Assembly (NCBI GenBank): GCA_965649765.1
Contig: OZ287759.1
Coordinates: 37,510,001-37,574,000 of the forward strand
DNA: 64,000 nucleotides
Direction: 5' to 3'
Source: Bispira polyomma
Lineage: Eukaryota
The position numbers and the translations under genes were made by a program. Below are positions 1 to 13,509 of the stretch, piece after piece. The notes under the pieces are model-generated. The model did no database searches. It saw only the letters and a list, made by a program, of their open reading frames with translations, and was not told the origin of the DNA. Numbering within the stretch: position 1 is the first letter of the stretch; each line of letters begins with the position of its first letter.

Positions 1-1181
1 TTACCTATCTTAAAACTTGAATAACTCCAAAAATATTACAGTTTAGCTAATGAAATTGAAACGGCACCAACTAGATACCAACTCACATATGCATACCATT
101 TTTTAGCCCCATATTTAATTTTATTCTTGAAAAATTTGCTGTCTTCATTCGTCTCCAGGAACACGCCCCTTTTATCCCTGATAATTGTACAATAACATAG
201 CCTTACTTAGGCTATGCCTAAGTTAGGTTCTACCATAAAAACCAAGTGACAGGCCCTTTTACACCCCCAGGGTCACCTGACATTTAAGTAGGTCAAAGTT
301 CAAATACAAAAATTTAAAAAAAAATTCCACTCCTGGTTAAGATAAGACCCAAAATTACTTTTGATCTAGATAACATTGAAGGAGACATTCAAGGAAGACC
401 ATGCGGCGGTGGCGAGGAAACTAGGGATGAAACCAAATAAGCGCCCTTTTTTTATTTATTTATTAATTATTTTTTTTTGGAGGGAGGGATTATATTTGTA
501 AAATTGAACATTTGGATAACAGAGAGTCAGATAATAGAGGTTCTACTGTAATAACAATTTCTACAACGGCTTGACCTCAGACCACAGATGTGGTCTCTGT
601 GGCCTAGCGCTTAGAGTGTCAGACTTAATGGGTGTTAGTCGTTGTGCACCGTATGTGGTAGCATGGCTAAGATGCTTTCTGAGGAAGAGCTGAGACTGAA
701 CAATTGGAAGAATGAGCTATATAAAAGCAAATTTGCCGCAGCGTCTAAACTTTACTTTTTTGAAACAAGCAACATTTTGCTTCACAGTATTTTTTCCACA
801 AGTAATTTAAAAAATTTATAAGCAAAAAAAAAAATCGAAAATTTCTTTTAAATATTAATAATACAAAAGTAAATCAAAGTCCCAAGCTGGTTTGCATGGC
901 GTGAAATTATTAAATTAGAAATACAGTCAGAGGTAAGAATTTCTTCTAAAAATTAAAAGCAAATATATTATTTCAACAAACATGCGATTTGCATCTTGCG
1001 CCCCTTTAATTTCAGACCCTGAAAGTAAACATATATTCAAGAAGGTATAAATTAATTTATAAAGTGTTGGAAGCCAAAAAAAAAAAAATGCTGTCTTTTG
1101 TGATTATTAGAAGCAAATGTATATTTGAAGGAAGCAATTTGCTTCTTGCTTCCCTGTAATTTCGGACCCTGAATTATTTAC

Positions 1182-1411
1182 CTTTGAAGCAGGCGATGTG
1201 GAGTGGTGTCATGTCCTCTGCTGCACTTTCACTCAGCCTCCTGGTCTTAAATGTGTTCTCTATCATTGTCATCTCAGTCTGCGAGGGGTTCACCCCCCAG
1301 CCACTCGCGATGATCTTACCGTACTGAGCTACGTCCACATTGCCAGCCCGGGTCCTCTTCAAGAAAACTGGACATCTCCATCTGGTCACTTCGGTGTAGT
1401 GCCATGCATCC
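1182..1411 (-). CDS. Ankyrin-repeat protein, third coding exon (DAWHYTEV...SGWGVNP...MTPLHIACFKG); gene continues beyond the left edge
   Basis: Acceptor tctctatacttctcaag|G at 1411 (phase 2 joins ...DKK-K-DAWHY). Donor AAAG|gtaaat at 1182. TPLHIAC ankyrin motif. Confidence 0.85.
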
Positions 1412-1632
1412 CTTGAGAAGTATAGAGATAGACAGAATTAGCAAATTGAACACAAAACAGGAAAAAATAAACCCACTATAATCAAACAAATGAAACGTGT
1501 TTCTTATTCGCATTAAAGAAATGTGCAGGAAAACATACAGGGCAAAGTACCAAAAATGCTGTCGCAGCACGAACTCAGATCCAAACCATAAACCAGCAAG
1601 ACTAGTCTGGCCCAGGCTCACTCGGTAAATAC

Positions 1633-4511
1633 GCTCTACTAGTCTCCGAGACGTGGCTCAGCAGTAGAGATACGACATCCTTTTTATTGGATATTACTCC
1701 TCCGGGCTACAAATTTCATCAGTTCCCCAGGTTGCACAAACGCGGGGGAGGAGTTGGCATTTTTGTGAAAAATACCCTTTCCTGTGAAATTCTAAAAAAC
1801 CAGTCCTACTCGTCTTTCGAACACATTTCATGCAAAATTTCAAACAGTTATCATTCATTCCTAGTTTCCTCCTTTTACAGACCACCCATCCCTTCTTTAA
1901 CTAGTTTTACTCAAGAGTTTTCCGAATTCCTTGAGACCCTTAACCTTCTCCCATTTGAAGCTATCATCCTTGGTGATTTCAACATCAAGCTCGACATAGA
2001 AAATACTACGACAAAAGATTTCAACACCCTCCTCGACACTTTTGGGTTCTCACAGTTTATCTCTACTTCAACCCACATCCACAATCACATACTCGATCTG
2101 GTAATCGCAAGACCAAATTCAAATCTCATCAGAGAATCATGGGTAACTGATAGGATTTCAGATCACCTAGTAACCTTCTCCTATTTAAATTTACCAATAC
2201 CTGCCTCGCATAAACCTCGTGTCATAAAATATAGAAACATCAGAAAAATTAATATAAACAAATTCAGAGACGATATCCTGGAAACTAATCTCATCAAACA
2301 TCCATGCAAAAATGCTGAAAGCCTTAGCTTACAATACAATCACTGCCTTTCTACTGTCCTTGATAAACATGCGCCATGGGTATCAAAAACCCTTCCCCCA
2401 ACTAACAACCATGAATGGACCAATGCCGCCATTACAGAAGCCAAAAGACGCAAACGCCAACTTGAGCGTCAATGGCGACGCACAAAATCCTCCTTAGACA
2501 GAAGCCGTTACCGTATCGCCACAAATAATTACAACAGGCTAATAACTGATGCCAAAAAGCAACACTACAACTCCATCATCACCGAAAATCAGGATAATCC
2601 CAAAAGGTTATGGGCCTCCATAAACAAAATTCTACATCGAACATCAGAGAAGGTTCTCCCCATAAACCACTGTCTTACTTTTTTACCAGAAAAATTTGGA
2701 AAATTTTTTATAGAAAAAATCAGCAACATTCGTGACGCCTTCCCAACGATACATCACTTCAATCCTCCAGCCCCAGGATATAAGGTTTGTAACCTGTTTC
2801 ATTTTAGTACACTGTCAGAGCTTGAAGTTCTGAAACTCATCAAATCCTCTACTATTAAATCTTGTGAATTAGATTCCATCCCAGCAGTTATTATGAGTCA
2901 ATGTCTTGACATTCTTGTCACACCCATAACAAATATATTTAATTATATATTATATATATTAAATATATTAATTTTTCTCTTCGGGATGGTGTTTTTCCCA
3001 CCTGTTTCAAGACGGCAAATGTAACTCCCTTGATTAAAAAAAAAGGGCTTGATAAAAACCATCTCAAAAACTACAGACCGGTGTCAAACCTTAGCTTCGT
3101 CTCAAAAGTCATCGAGAAAGCTGTAGCTAAACAAATTTCTGACCACCTTAATAGACAAAACATTGAAAATCGCCACCAGTCTGCTTATAGAAAATTTCAC
3201 TCTACAGAAAGTGCCCTTTTTTCCATCAGCAATGATATCAATCTTGCACTGGACCGCAACAACACAGTGGCCCTCACCCTTCTGGATCTCTCAGCTGCAT
3301 TCAACACTATTGATCATGTCCTGCTCTGCGACACTCTCAAGCAGTGGTTCGGTATAAATGGCAGTGTCCTTAAATGGATCAGATCCTACCTTACTCTTAG
3401 GGCAGAAAGAATTAAACTAGATGATCACCTATCATCTTCCATAAAACTTCCATATGGAGTACCCCAGGGATCCGTCCTTGGTCCTCTACTTTTCACCCTT
3501 TATACACATCCTCTCAGCACTGTCATCAATAAACACAATATAAAACACCACATGTATGCAGACGACACTCAAGTCTATTTCTCCCTCAATCCACAAAACG
3601 CAGATACTAACATAGACCTACTTGCAGACTGTCTGTCTGATGTCCAGGCGTGGATGAACTACTCCAAACTAAAGCTTAACCCTGACAAAACAGAATTCAT
3701 CCTCATAGGAAACAAGAAAAACAGTGAACTCCTAAAATCTTTGTTTCCCATCTCCCTGCTGGGAAAAGACATACTACCTTCCGAAAATGCTAAAAACCTA
3801 GGTGTCACTTTTGATTCAGCTTTTTCGTTCGATACACATGTTGCCAACATCTGTAGCTCCTGCTATTACCACATACGCGACATCAAAAGAATCAGAAACC
3901 ACTTGTCCATGGACACAGCGACACAGCCGCCTCGACTACTGCAATTCTCTCTTGTACGAAGCAAATAAGTCAAACATTAAAAAGCTCCAGTCCATCCAAA
4001 ACTACCTATGTAGGATCATTTTTTGCCTGGGTTGTCGCACAGACGTTACTCCTTATCTCAAAAAATTACACTAGTTGCCCATTAAATTACGAATTTTGTT
4101 TAAAATTCACGTTACCACTTTTAAGGCTGTAATCACTCAACAGCCACCCTACCTTGCCTCCCTTCTTTCCTTTAGTAACCGCAAGAGAGGCAACAGACTC
4201 TCTGTCACTTCGGTCAGACCAATCAGAAAGGCGGGTTTCAGAGCGTTCTCCACCGCAACTCCACGGTTATGGAACAGTCTCCCAGTTGACCTCAGATCAG
4301 TTGACACACTTATCGGTTTTAGGAAAAAGCTTAAAACCTATCTTTTTAATCTTGCCTACCCACCTTAGCTTTCCTTGTGCACGCTCCCACTTCCTTCCTT
4401 ACGACTCTGCAATTTCCATGGACTTAATGATTGGACTAATGATTCTGCTGTTGCGCTTTAGAAGATGCCTAGCATCAATAAAGCGCGTTAAAAATCTATA
4501 ATAATAATAAT
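1633..4511 (+). mobile_element. 5'-truncated L2/CR1-group LINE, antisense in an intron of the ankyrin gene
   Basis: APE endonuclease motifs (SETWL, YRPP, LGDFN, LDL, SDH), RT motifs (NYRPVSNL, GVPQGSVLGPLLF, YADD), L2-type C-terminus (RLDYCNSLL, LH*LP, RAFS), short 3' UTR ending in (TAA)n. Confidence 0.95.
1687..4368 (+). pseudogene. LINE ORF2 (endonuclease + reverse transcriptase), disrupted
   Basis: Split into ORFs 1687-3024, 3030-3968, 3802-4074 and 4075-4368 by an AT-rich micro-duplication near 2940-2970, a deletion/frameshift near 3925 and a TAG for Trp at 4072-4074. Confidence 0.92.
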
Positions 4512-5139
4512 ACTACAGTAAAACCTCTGTTTATCAGAACATGTTGTTGAGAGAGCAAGATTTGGGTTGGATGATAAAAGGTTCATCAAATAGTATGTTT
4601 ACAAAATCAAATAATTATATAATAAAAGGTTGGATAACAGAGGTTCTATAGTGCTATGTCATGATATCATGATTATATTAAAGTCACAGAGAACGGTGTG
4701 AGCAGGTTTAGAAGTTTTGTTTCACTCTCTATTTCTTTAATACCAGAGTTACCATTTCTATATTTTATAAACATTCTATTATCCAAACGGAGTGAGCAGA
4801 CTAAGACGAGGGGTGAGTGGGAAGGAAGTGGGCTTCTTTGAGAATAGTCTGGGTTGTGACCAGTATAGACCCTTCTGTAACTGTGTTAAGAGTCCGAACT
4901 TTCTATTTTTGATACCATATATTTGGATGATAGAAGGTTCATAAAATTTGGGAGAGTGAAAGTACGTTCACAAGATCGAACATTAGGACAATAGAAATTT
5001 GGATAATAACGGTTGTACTGTATTTCAGAATTCACAAGGTATCTTTACTTAATTCACGGTAGGCAGCCCAAAATGCTAATAAAAACGGAGATGTATACTG
5101 GCAGTACCGAGACACCACTTTACACCCCCATACACATAC

Positions 5140-5352
5140 TTCTTTTTGTCGGTGCCACGAATCAGAAAACACAAGTCGATTCCCGTATATCTGTCCCTCT
5201 GGTTCAACATTGTTAGGAGATTTGGTGATGACTTTGTTGACTTGATCAACTCTTGCAGTATTTCCATGTTCCCGTTGTCCGCAACCATGTGAAACACATT
5301 TCGACTGGTCGATGAGCAAGCCTTCAGGTCTGCCCCTCTCTTAATGAGAAAC
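5140..5352 (-). CDS. Ankyrin-repeat protein, second coding exon (FLIKRGADLKACSSTSRNVFHMVADNGN...CFLIRGTDKK)
   Basis: Acceptor ttttcacag|G at 5352 and donor AAGAA|gtatgt at 5140. Phase 2 at both ends matches the neighbouring exons and continues the ankyrin repeat in frame. Confidence 0.88.
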
Positions 5353-6429
5353 CTGTGAAAATAGGTAAACTTGTTTTAAATCACTAAAAAACATGTGAAT
5401 ATGTGGATAATTCTAGGAGTAATACATAAAAGATGTCCGTTATCCACTGAATTGGTGGTCGGACTAAATGATAACAGTTGAAGGTAATTTTGGTGTGTTT
5501 TTTCTTAACCGTTTATTGGTTTATCAAACTAACTGACAGCCGGCTATTACCAGGTTATAAAAACTGGGTGAATTACAAGTCATTAGAAATCAAATTGATT
5601 TCATTCAATTGATCCAATTCTGAAATAGAGTTGAATTTAAATTCAGTTGGTATTTACGCCACTTTCAACAACCAAGATCACGGCCAAATTTAATGTTGGA
5701 AAAAACTAGTGATGGATCACTGCAATCTAACCAACTACAGCAAAAACAAACTTCCCTCATAAAGGAATGAACGGGATTCAGTGAGAGGCCAGTGATTGTG
5801 AAGCAGGTGCTTCTAAACAACCCTAGCCCCAGTACTCTTGGTGATGTACAAAATAACCAAAGAAAATGAAGTTTTTGGAAACCTTCAACATGTTTTGTTT
5901 TTACCACAAAACATTGCCAGGATAAAGTACTAAATTGCATTGGACAAGTCAAGTAATGGCCCTGAAGTAGGGAATTTCATGTACATAGTAAAAGTGTTGT
6001 GTAACACTGATGCAAAATGTACACATTTATTTTAAAACTAAAAACTGGTTTCGAAACCAACCTACAAATGGTTAAACAGGTTTTTCATTCACAACTTTAC
6101 TAATAATCACAAAATGGATATCAATATCATATTGCATTTATCTTAACATTCATTTTTTTTATGAATCAATGGTTGGTAAATGCAATAATTGTTTTTATTA
6201 CAAAGACATACATGTATCACATTGAAAAGTGGAACAAGGAGGAAATAGCACATCTAGGCCAAAGTCACCGATCAGCTTATAGTCTTAATGATTGCACCAC
6301 CATCACCTCAATGCATGGGAAATCAATTCAAGCATTTAGTTGCCTTTGTTATGAACCAATAGGTAAAGGCAATAAGATTTAATTCCCGAATGGGCACATT
6401 GTCAGCTCTCTTCTCATCGCTGACATTTA

Positions 6430-6850
6430 TGTCATTTGCAGAAGTGATACAGAAATTCAAAATGGCCACCAAAATCATAAAATGTCTCAAAAATTGTCAT
6501 AATAGACCCTTAAAAAGTTCTATCTCGCAACGTTTACCAGATAGCAGACATTTCCGGGAAAAAAAAGCGGATATTCAAGATGGTTGGCAAAATCGTAAAA
6601 TTTTCCAAAACTTGTCATAGACTCAAAAAGATGCCCTGTGGGCTTAAGATAAGGTCAAAATCGCTCTATCTCGCACCCTTTACGAGATAGCGGCAATTTC
6701 CGGAAAAGACACGGATGGCCGCCAAAATCGTAAATTTTAGGAAAAGCTGTCATACACCCCTAGAAAGATATCCCGTGGGCCAAAAATGAGGTCGACATCG
6801 CTCTATCTCGCACTGTTTCTGAAATAACAGACAATTTAATTGGCAACCTA
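6430..6850. repeat. About three diverged ~140-bp tandem units (ATGGCCGCCAAAATC...ATCGCTCTATCTCGCA), resembling central repeats of non-autonomous Helentron-type elements
   Basis: Motif TCTATCTCGCA at ~6519, ~6666 and ~6802, with flanking similarity. Confidence 0.55.
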
Positions 6851-7715
6851 TACATTTCTAAAATTCTTTTAAAAATTTATAACCTAAAAACAAAAAATCC
6901 GAGGGAAAATGCCATGAACAAATTTTAATATACATGTGCCAAGGCAAATGTATGCAAAATTACAGACTGATTCAGTGGTTGTGGAGAAGAAGATTGTCAA
7001 AGAAAGTGCTGTTTGTAAAGGAAAAATAGGAAAATTCACACATTTTTGTAGACCCATGTGATAACCCGATCCGGATGCCATGAGCAAATTTTCCTGTAGT
7101 TTCAGAGAAGAAGCTTTTGATGAGTATGCAGACCCATGGAAATTAGTCAGTGACTTTGTCAGCTGACTTAATAATTGTTTGTATTATGTGTCTCACATAG
7201 AAAAGGGGAAGGATAAAGAAATAGCAAATTCAGACCCAAGTCACCCATGACAGCCTATAGCATTAATGATTACACCCCCATTATCTCAATGCATGGTAAA
7301 TCAACTTGAGGCATTTAGTCTGACTGAAATTCAGAAAGAAGACATACAACAATGTGATTCGTGCTTCCCCCTCACTAGCCTGTTTTAGAAAGAAGGTTAA
7401 AACCCACTTGTACACTAAAGCATATCCACCTTAGTCTCAATCATCTCCCGGTGCGCTCTATGTTGCTGACCCTTTTTCTGTCCCTTGATTTTGGAAATTG
7501 GATAACTGTCTTTTGTGCTGGTGCACCTTAGAGTCCCCTTTATTAAGGGGAGATTAAGCGCAATAAAAGTCTAATTACAATTACAACAACATATTAGGAA
7601 TTAATATGTAATGAGGTGGTTTTTCAATACAGGTGATAATGTAACAGTAAATACAGAACACACACTCGTTTTGCCTACTAAATTGACAGCCTGCAAGTTT
7701 TGAACCAGACATAGA

Positions 7716-7940
7716 GGGGGACGCAGTGACCTAGTGGTTACAAGCTTCTGCTTTAAAATCACTGGCCTCTTACCTCCAGGGATCTAATCTCACAGATTTC
7801 TTTTTGATATGGGAGAAAGTTTGTCAGGTACTTGCTGTTGATCAGTGGTTTACAGTGGCTTTAGCACCGGTTTTACCAACCACTAAACCTTGCTGTCGCA
7901 ATATGACCAAAGCTGTGCTGAAAGCGACATAAAGCCCAAC
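7716..7940 (+). mobile_element. tRNA-derived SINE, diverged
   Basis: A-box-like GTGACCTAGTGG and the core GAAAGTTTGTCAGGTACTTGCTG shared with other copies; AACCAGAC occurs on both sides. Confidence 0.75.
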
Positions 7941-7971
7941 CAGACTGACATACCCCAGCTTTACAACTTAC

Positions 7972-8903
7972 TTGACCAAGTCAGTCCTACTCCCATCACA
8001 AGCCCTGAGCAAGGCCGTCCTACTATAGACATCAGTACCATTCACATCCATTTGGAGGTTCTCGATACAATATTTGGCACACTCTTGCCGGCCGCTGTAA
8101 GCTGTCAGCACAAGAAATGTGCTATTTGGCTTCTTCCCAGCTTTTATGAACTGTTTCAGTGTTGTAACATCCCCGTTCTCTGCACACCGGTCATAAGCAC
8201 TTTTCACGTTCAAGTCTTCAACATAGGGGTTAAATTGACACCTTTCGTCGTTAACAAGCATTTCAATCAAGTTTGACTTGCCAAACATTGCAGCTACATG
8301 CAACAGAGTCTCTTCCTTTTCATTCTTAAGCTTTGGGTCCAAACCTTCTGTTAACAGAAGTTCCACTATGTCCCTCTGACCACTCACCACTGCCCAATAC
8401 AAAGCATTCATCCTATTGCTGTCTTTCGCATGCAGAGCTGCTTCACTACTAGTCTGAATCACCTTCCTCACTGCTGCAATATCTCCAGTTCGACAGGCTT
8501 CCATCAGCGGTGTCAGACTTTTCTCCCACTTGTCGTATGTATTGAGTTCCTCAATTGGCTTCTTGGTTTTCTTTTTACGGGCTATTTCGATAGGGGTGGA
8601 GCCCACATGATCCCCCAAACTATCTTGGGGCACGTGATCCTTGGAGAGATCCTTCCAGAGTCCCAAGTGCAGGACAACAATAAAGAGACTCAACCTGCCT
8701 TTGTGAACCATTTCATGCAGCAAGTTGTGCCTCTCCCCTGAACGAAAGTTTTTGAGTTTCACAGATTTTTTGTTTTTCGATGCAGCTGTCAGAAACTCAG
8801 TGAGTTCCCAAGCTGTGCAGTCCTTATTTCCAATCATGTTAAAAGCTGTTGCCGACACGTCGCCTCTCAGAAGGCTTTCGGGCTTATCTTGCAATCGAGC
8901 CAT
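7972..8903 (-). CDS. Ankyrin-repeat protein, first coding exon
   Basis: 311-aa ORF with ankyrin motifs (TPLMEACRTG, NALYWAVVSG, TLLHVAAMFG, TALLRACDGS). Acceptor ttttgtag|G starts the exon at 8915, 12 nt before the ATG. Donor GTCAA|gtaagt at 7972/7971, phase 2. Confidence 0.9.
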
Positions 8904-9594
8904 ATTTATTTCAACCTACAAAATGAATAGACATTATAGGTACATGTGTATTTCCCATTTTTGTTTCAGCAATTTTAAACAAAAACTAACCCTGGTTTCA
9001 TGACCACTGCATTGTCCAAACAGATTATCAGTCAGATACTTTTAGATACATACTATTGCAAATACAAATCTTGTTTTATGTCATTTGGCCTTTAATAAAA
9101 ACATTATCTTCAATTTTAGCTGCAATAAAATATCCTCTAACTAACAGACAGATTTACTTCACTTGAAACAATCTTTACTTAGAATTGCTAAGTATTTAGA
9201 AATTTTTGTTGACATTTAGGAAATTAAAAAAAAATGGAAAAGTTTACTTGTAACATCAGACAAGTTTACGTTGATGGTGTAGTAGTTGCATGATGTGCTA
9301 CATAAGAAGCTGGTTCAAACCCCATAGCCAAGGGTTGAACAGCTAGGAAGTGCTTGATGCATTAGGGTTTAATGCGGTGCTTTCAAGACATTGCATAGGT
9401 GCTATTACGATGGACATTGCTACTGGTGAAGGGAAGTAGTGCATACTTATAATATTTGGTTCAGATTCTGCACTGTAAACCATCGGCCAAAGGGTAAAGA
9501 AGTGGCACTGTAAAGGTGCGAAAACACAAGTCGTCAGATTACAAATCCGGCAACTGACATTTAAATCCATTGTCCGGCATCCAAATTTACAAAT

Positions 9595-9846
9595 TTGAAT
9601 TTGGATATTTAACGTCCACTCTAGTACATTTTAGTAGGTTATATTGGGACGGGTAGTTGGAAACGCTGGAGGAAACACTGCATACAGTCGGTCAAGGTTC
9701 CGCAGAGAAACCAGCGGCCCACAGTAAGGAACTACCACCTTTCCCACATAGGCATCGACGGGATTCGAACTCACGCCGCCCAGAGGTGAGAGACCAGTGA
9801 TTGTGAAGCGCAGTGCTTGCTAACCACTAGGCCACCGCGCCCCCCC
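9595..9846 (-). mobile_element. Full-length tRNA-derived SINE with 14-bp target-site duplication
   Basis: Minus strand has A box TGGCCTAGTGG and B box GAGTTCGAATC. TSD CCAAATTTACAAAT at 9581-9594 and 9847-9860. Confidence 0.92.
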
Positions 9847-10666
9847 CCAAATTTACAAATACACTAAAGGCAATTAATTATTTTATTTTTCATTTATGTT
9901 TTTACTTTATTAACATTAAAATAGCTAAACCATTTCTCAATGGACTTTCAGTAATTAAGCACTGTTTGATTAAAAGGTAAGTATATACCCTGCACAATAT
10001 GGTACCACACTGTAAAATCAGTACAAAATCAATGTAAATTTCAAGAAGGCCAAGGGTAGGCCAAAACTAGCACCACCCATGCAGTACAGTAGAATAAAAT
10101 GTGTAAATGTGAACCTACACGGTCTTTCATGAATCTAAAATTTCAATGACATTATATAATTTTATTTAAACCCCCGGGATAAGTAACAGGATTGTTATAC
10201 TATAATCTTGTTGAACCCCCGGGGAATGTAACAAGATTATATATAGGGATCTACATGTAGTTTTTTGTACGAATAAGTTATATTTATTTGTTGAATAAAA
10301 ATACAAGCAATCTTAATTAGAACAAGTATGAATGAATTAAAATAGTTTTTTTTTGTAACGTTGCATTCGTAAATGTGAAGGAATATAGTTTGAAATAATG
10401 TTTGTTTTTATGTTATGTATATTGTAATCTTGTTTTTACCCCAAGGTGTTTAAACAAGATTATACATTACAGTAGCAATAAATTCAAGCTAAAATTTCAG
10501 ACCTTTGATGACTTTTTTTATCTGTCCTAGGGAGCAAATGGCTGATTAGTCTCCTGGACAAGAGTCGATGATCAGATCTTTCTACAGATACTGATTTATG
10601 AAGATAACACCATTAGTTTAGCAAAAAAAAATTAAATAATAATAAACTCAAACAATTGTCTTATAC

Positions 10667-10720
10667 CTTGAAGGAGAGTTCAGCGAAAGTACGCTAAAAT
10701 AAAAAAAAATATTTTGAGAT
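10667..10720 (-). other. Possible non-coding upstream exon of the ankyrin gene
   Basis: Donor-like CAAG|gtataa at 10667/10666. The ATG exon begins with an acceptor, so an upstream exon is required. The 5' boundary is not determinable. Confidence 0.3.
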
Positions 10721-10944
10721 CATGTGATGTCGTAATATAAATATAACCGCCTCCAAAATTATATGTAAACAAACTCAATGTCATTTAAAAATAATTTTTG
10801 CGGTTATTCAACTTGTAATTGCATTGTATCTGCGTAGGTAATGGGACCTTTAGTAAGTATTTTTATCATGTTGGTTTGACAAGGTACGTTTCTGTAGTTT
10901 TCCTCTGTTTGTACTGAGTATCTGCATAATACTGGAAAACCTCC

Positions 10945-11312
10945 TTAAGCACAAGTTTCACCTATCCTTCTTCACCCGTACCCGCACCTGTATCCGTAGA
11001 AATAAAATAAGCATCTAGTTGTCTTTATAATGTGTAGGTTCACCTGTCCGTGTCCGCACCCGTGAAAAGTAATACAATCATCCGCACCCGTATTGAAAGG
11101 GTTCTGACCCTTCTTTTCACGGGTGCGGGTGGAAAAACAGTCAATTTACGTCATATATGGAAACATGTCAATAAAATTAATGTACTTCTTCTTGATGTAC
11201 TAATACAAAAACGGGTGAGAGTAAGGATAGGTGTAACTACAAATCACGGATACGGGTACTGATAGGGATAAGGACATGGGTAAAAATAATGATAGGTGAA
11301 ACTTGTACTTAA
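10945..11312. mobile_element. MITE with ~22-bp terminal inverted repeats (Harbinger- or Kolobok-like target)
   Basis: TTAAGCACAAGTTTCACCTATC ... GATAGGTGAAACTTGTACTTAA (1 mismatch); internal ACCCGT/ACGGGT inverted motifs. Confidence 0.85.
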
Positions 11313-12090
11313 TGGAGTAACTCTTTCAGGAAGGGAGTTTGTGGTGGTATAATGAAATAACATCATACAACCATATTAATTTTCCTTGTATTATTTTATT
11401 GTTAATTTTGCTCGTATTTCCACGCAATTTTTTTTTGTCCAAAATTCGTACCAACCGTGTAAAGGATTGTTTACTTGAATTACTAAGTAGCCTTTTGTGT
11501 GCGGCCGAGGCGTGGGAAAGGGATTATCATATTAGATGAGGTTCAGACAGAAAACCAAACCACAGCCGGATGTGGTTATTTGTACAGGCGTTTTGTTTGT
11601 TTTTCTCCGGTGTTAACCAAAGTTACCGAAAATTTGGGTGTTTACTAAGCACCAGATAAAACCACTTGGAATCTCCGGATTTCATCATCCCAAATTGTTT
11701 AATTGAAAATACGAATGCGGGAGCCAATATTCTGTGAAATATTAAATTAAAGCGAATAATAACTTTGCTGAAAATACATCACTGTAGAATTGCTTACAGA
11801 AAAGTCAGATACGAAAGAGTGCATCATACCTTTTTCATTTAATTTAGGCCTCAATAATTTTATTATATTGACATGTACATATTTATAGACGTACAAATAA
11901 ATATTAATAAACATTTCTTTCTTTTCACTGTAATACTTTGATTTAAACTGAACGGAAATGGTTCAATCATGAAACGATTTTGATAGTATTATATATCTTC
12001 TTGTAGCTTAAATACTTTGTTTTATTCAACAGAGTTATCATCTATAATTCCATGTCGAATTACATGAAAGTTATTAGGTATATCATTTCA

Positions 12091-12319
12091 TTGAATTTTT
12101 TTTTTGAATTTGGATATTTAACGTCCACTCTAGTACCTGTTTAGGTTATATTGGGACGGGTAGTTGGAAACGCTGGAGGAAACACTGCATACAGTTGATC
12201 AAGGTTCTGCACTGAAACCAGCATAGGCATCGACAGGATTGAAACTCATGCTGCCTAGAGGTGAGAGACCAGTGATTGTGAAGCGCAATGCTTGCTAACC
12301 ACTAGGTCACCACGGCCAT
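12091..12319 (-). mobile_element. Second copy of the same SINE family with 14-bp TSD
   Basis: Collinear with 9595-9846 apart from an internal ~33-bp deletion. TSD GGTATATCATTTCA at 12077-12090 and 12320-12333. Confidence 0.9.
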
Positions 12320-12340
12320 GGTATATCATTTCAACAAACA

Positions 12341-12680
12341 TACATATTTACATACATTTTCATATATGCGTAACTGTATATACTTTTTATTTTTTTATTT
12401 TTGTATACCTTTGTGTATGAATGAATAAATAATACATAGAATCATTAACATGTAATAATATGACGTAATATGTAACAAAGATAATGCTAATGTGTCATTG
12501 CTGATACCTTACATATTTACATACATTTTCATATATGCGTAACTGTATATACTTTTTATTTTTTTATTTTTGTATACCTTTGTGTATGAATGAATAAATA
12601 ATACATAGAATCATTAACATGTAATAATATGACGTAATATGTAACAAAGATAATGCTAATGTGTCATTGCTGATACCTTA
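12341..12680. repeat. Perfect tandem duplication, 169-bp unit x2
   Basis: 12341-12509 is repeated exactly at 12510-12678. Confidence 0.92.
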
Positions 12681-13509
12681 AAAATGAAAAAAAAAATTAA
12701 AGTTTATAAGTTTATACAAATTGTACATATTTGGTATTGTCATATTATTTTTTTACCGATGAGCGTCATATGATGACCAATTTCCCTGGTACAAATATGT
12801 TCCTTTGGTAGTGAAACAGGTAAAATGAACTATATAAAATCCATGTAGTATAAAACATATCACATTATACAACACAAAAAGTTTTGCGAAAGTGTACAGT
12901 TGAAAAAATAAATAATGACAGATATTTGCTGATGTATACATATGATGTGTCATTTTAATAGTTATTTTGAGCATACAATACTTATAGCAGTGTGCCAAAT
13001 TGTAACAAAAATGATTTAAGTTTCAAAGTAAACAAATCACATACAACTGAAGTATCGTACATCACCAGACAACTCATCTGGCACTAACTTGATAGACAAT
13101 GGAGATTGGCTTTAGTTATACAGTATAAGAGGATGTTACAGTAGTACAGGCAGCTACTGACAGGTAGACCTGCCCCCATGAGTGCAGTGCTCAAACTGGG
13201 ATGGCGGCCAATATTTTGAGTACCTTATATAACAATAGAAGGGACCAGCAGACATAGGAGAGATGGTACTAAAGGATTTAATTAAATCAAAATATCATGC
13301 CCATAGGTTTTAACTTGACTACTTAATTAAAACTCTCTGGATTCAAGTTCAACTCTCACTTATATATAGCGTTTGATAGAAACGGTACCCATTGATTGTT
13401 ATTACCAAGATTCAATCTAGATCAGCCCTTCCATCGCCTGACTTATCTTAGTGTCCAACGACTGGATCGCCCTTGCAACCTATCTTTTCGATCGTAAGCA
13501 GTTCCAACA

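Noticed and set aside
7890-8741. Plus-strand ORFs overlapping the ankyrin exon, and most other 60-100 aa ORFs in the track
   Set aside because: They are antisense shadows or chance frames in repeats with no recognisable motifs.
9760-9846. tRNA gene
   Set aside because: A and B boxes are present, but they head a dispersed repeat with a tail and TSD; there is no complete cloverleaf.
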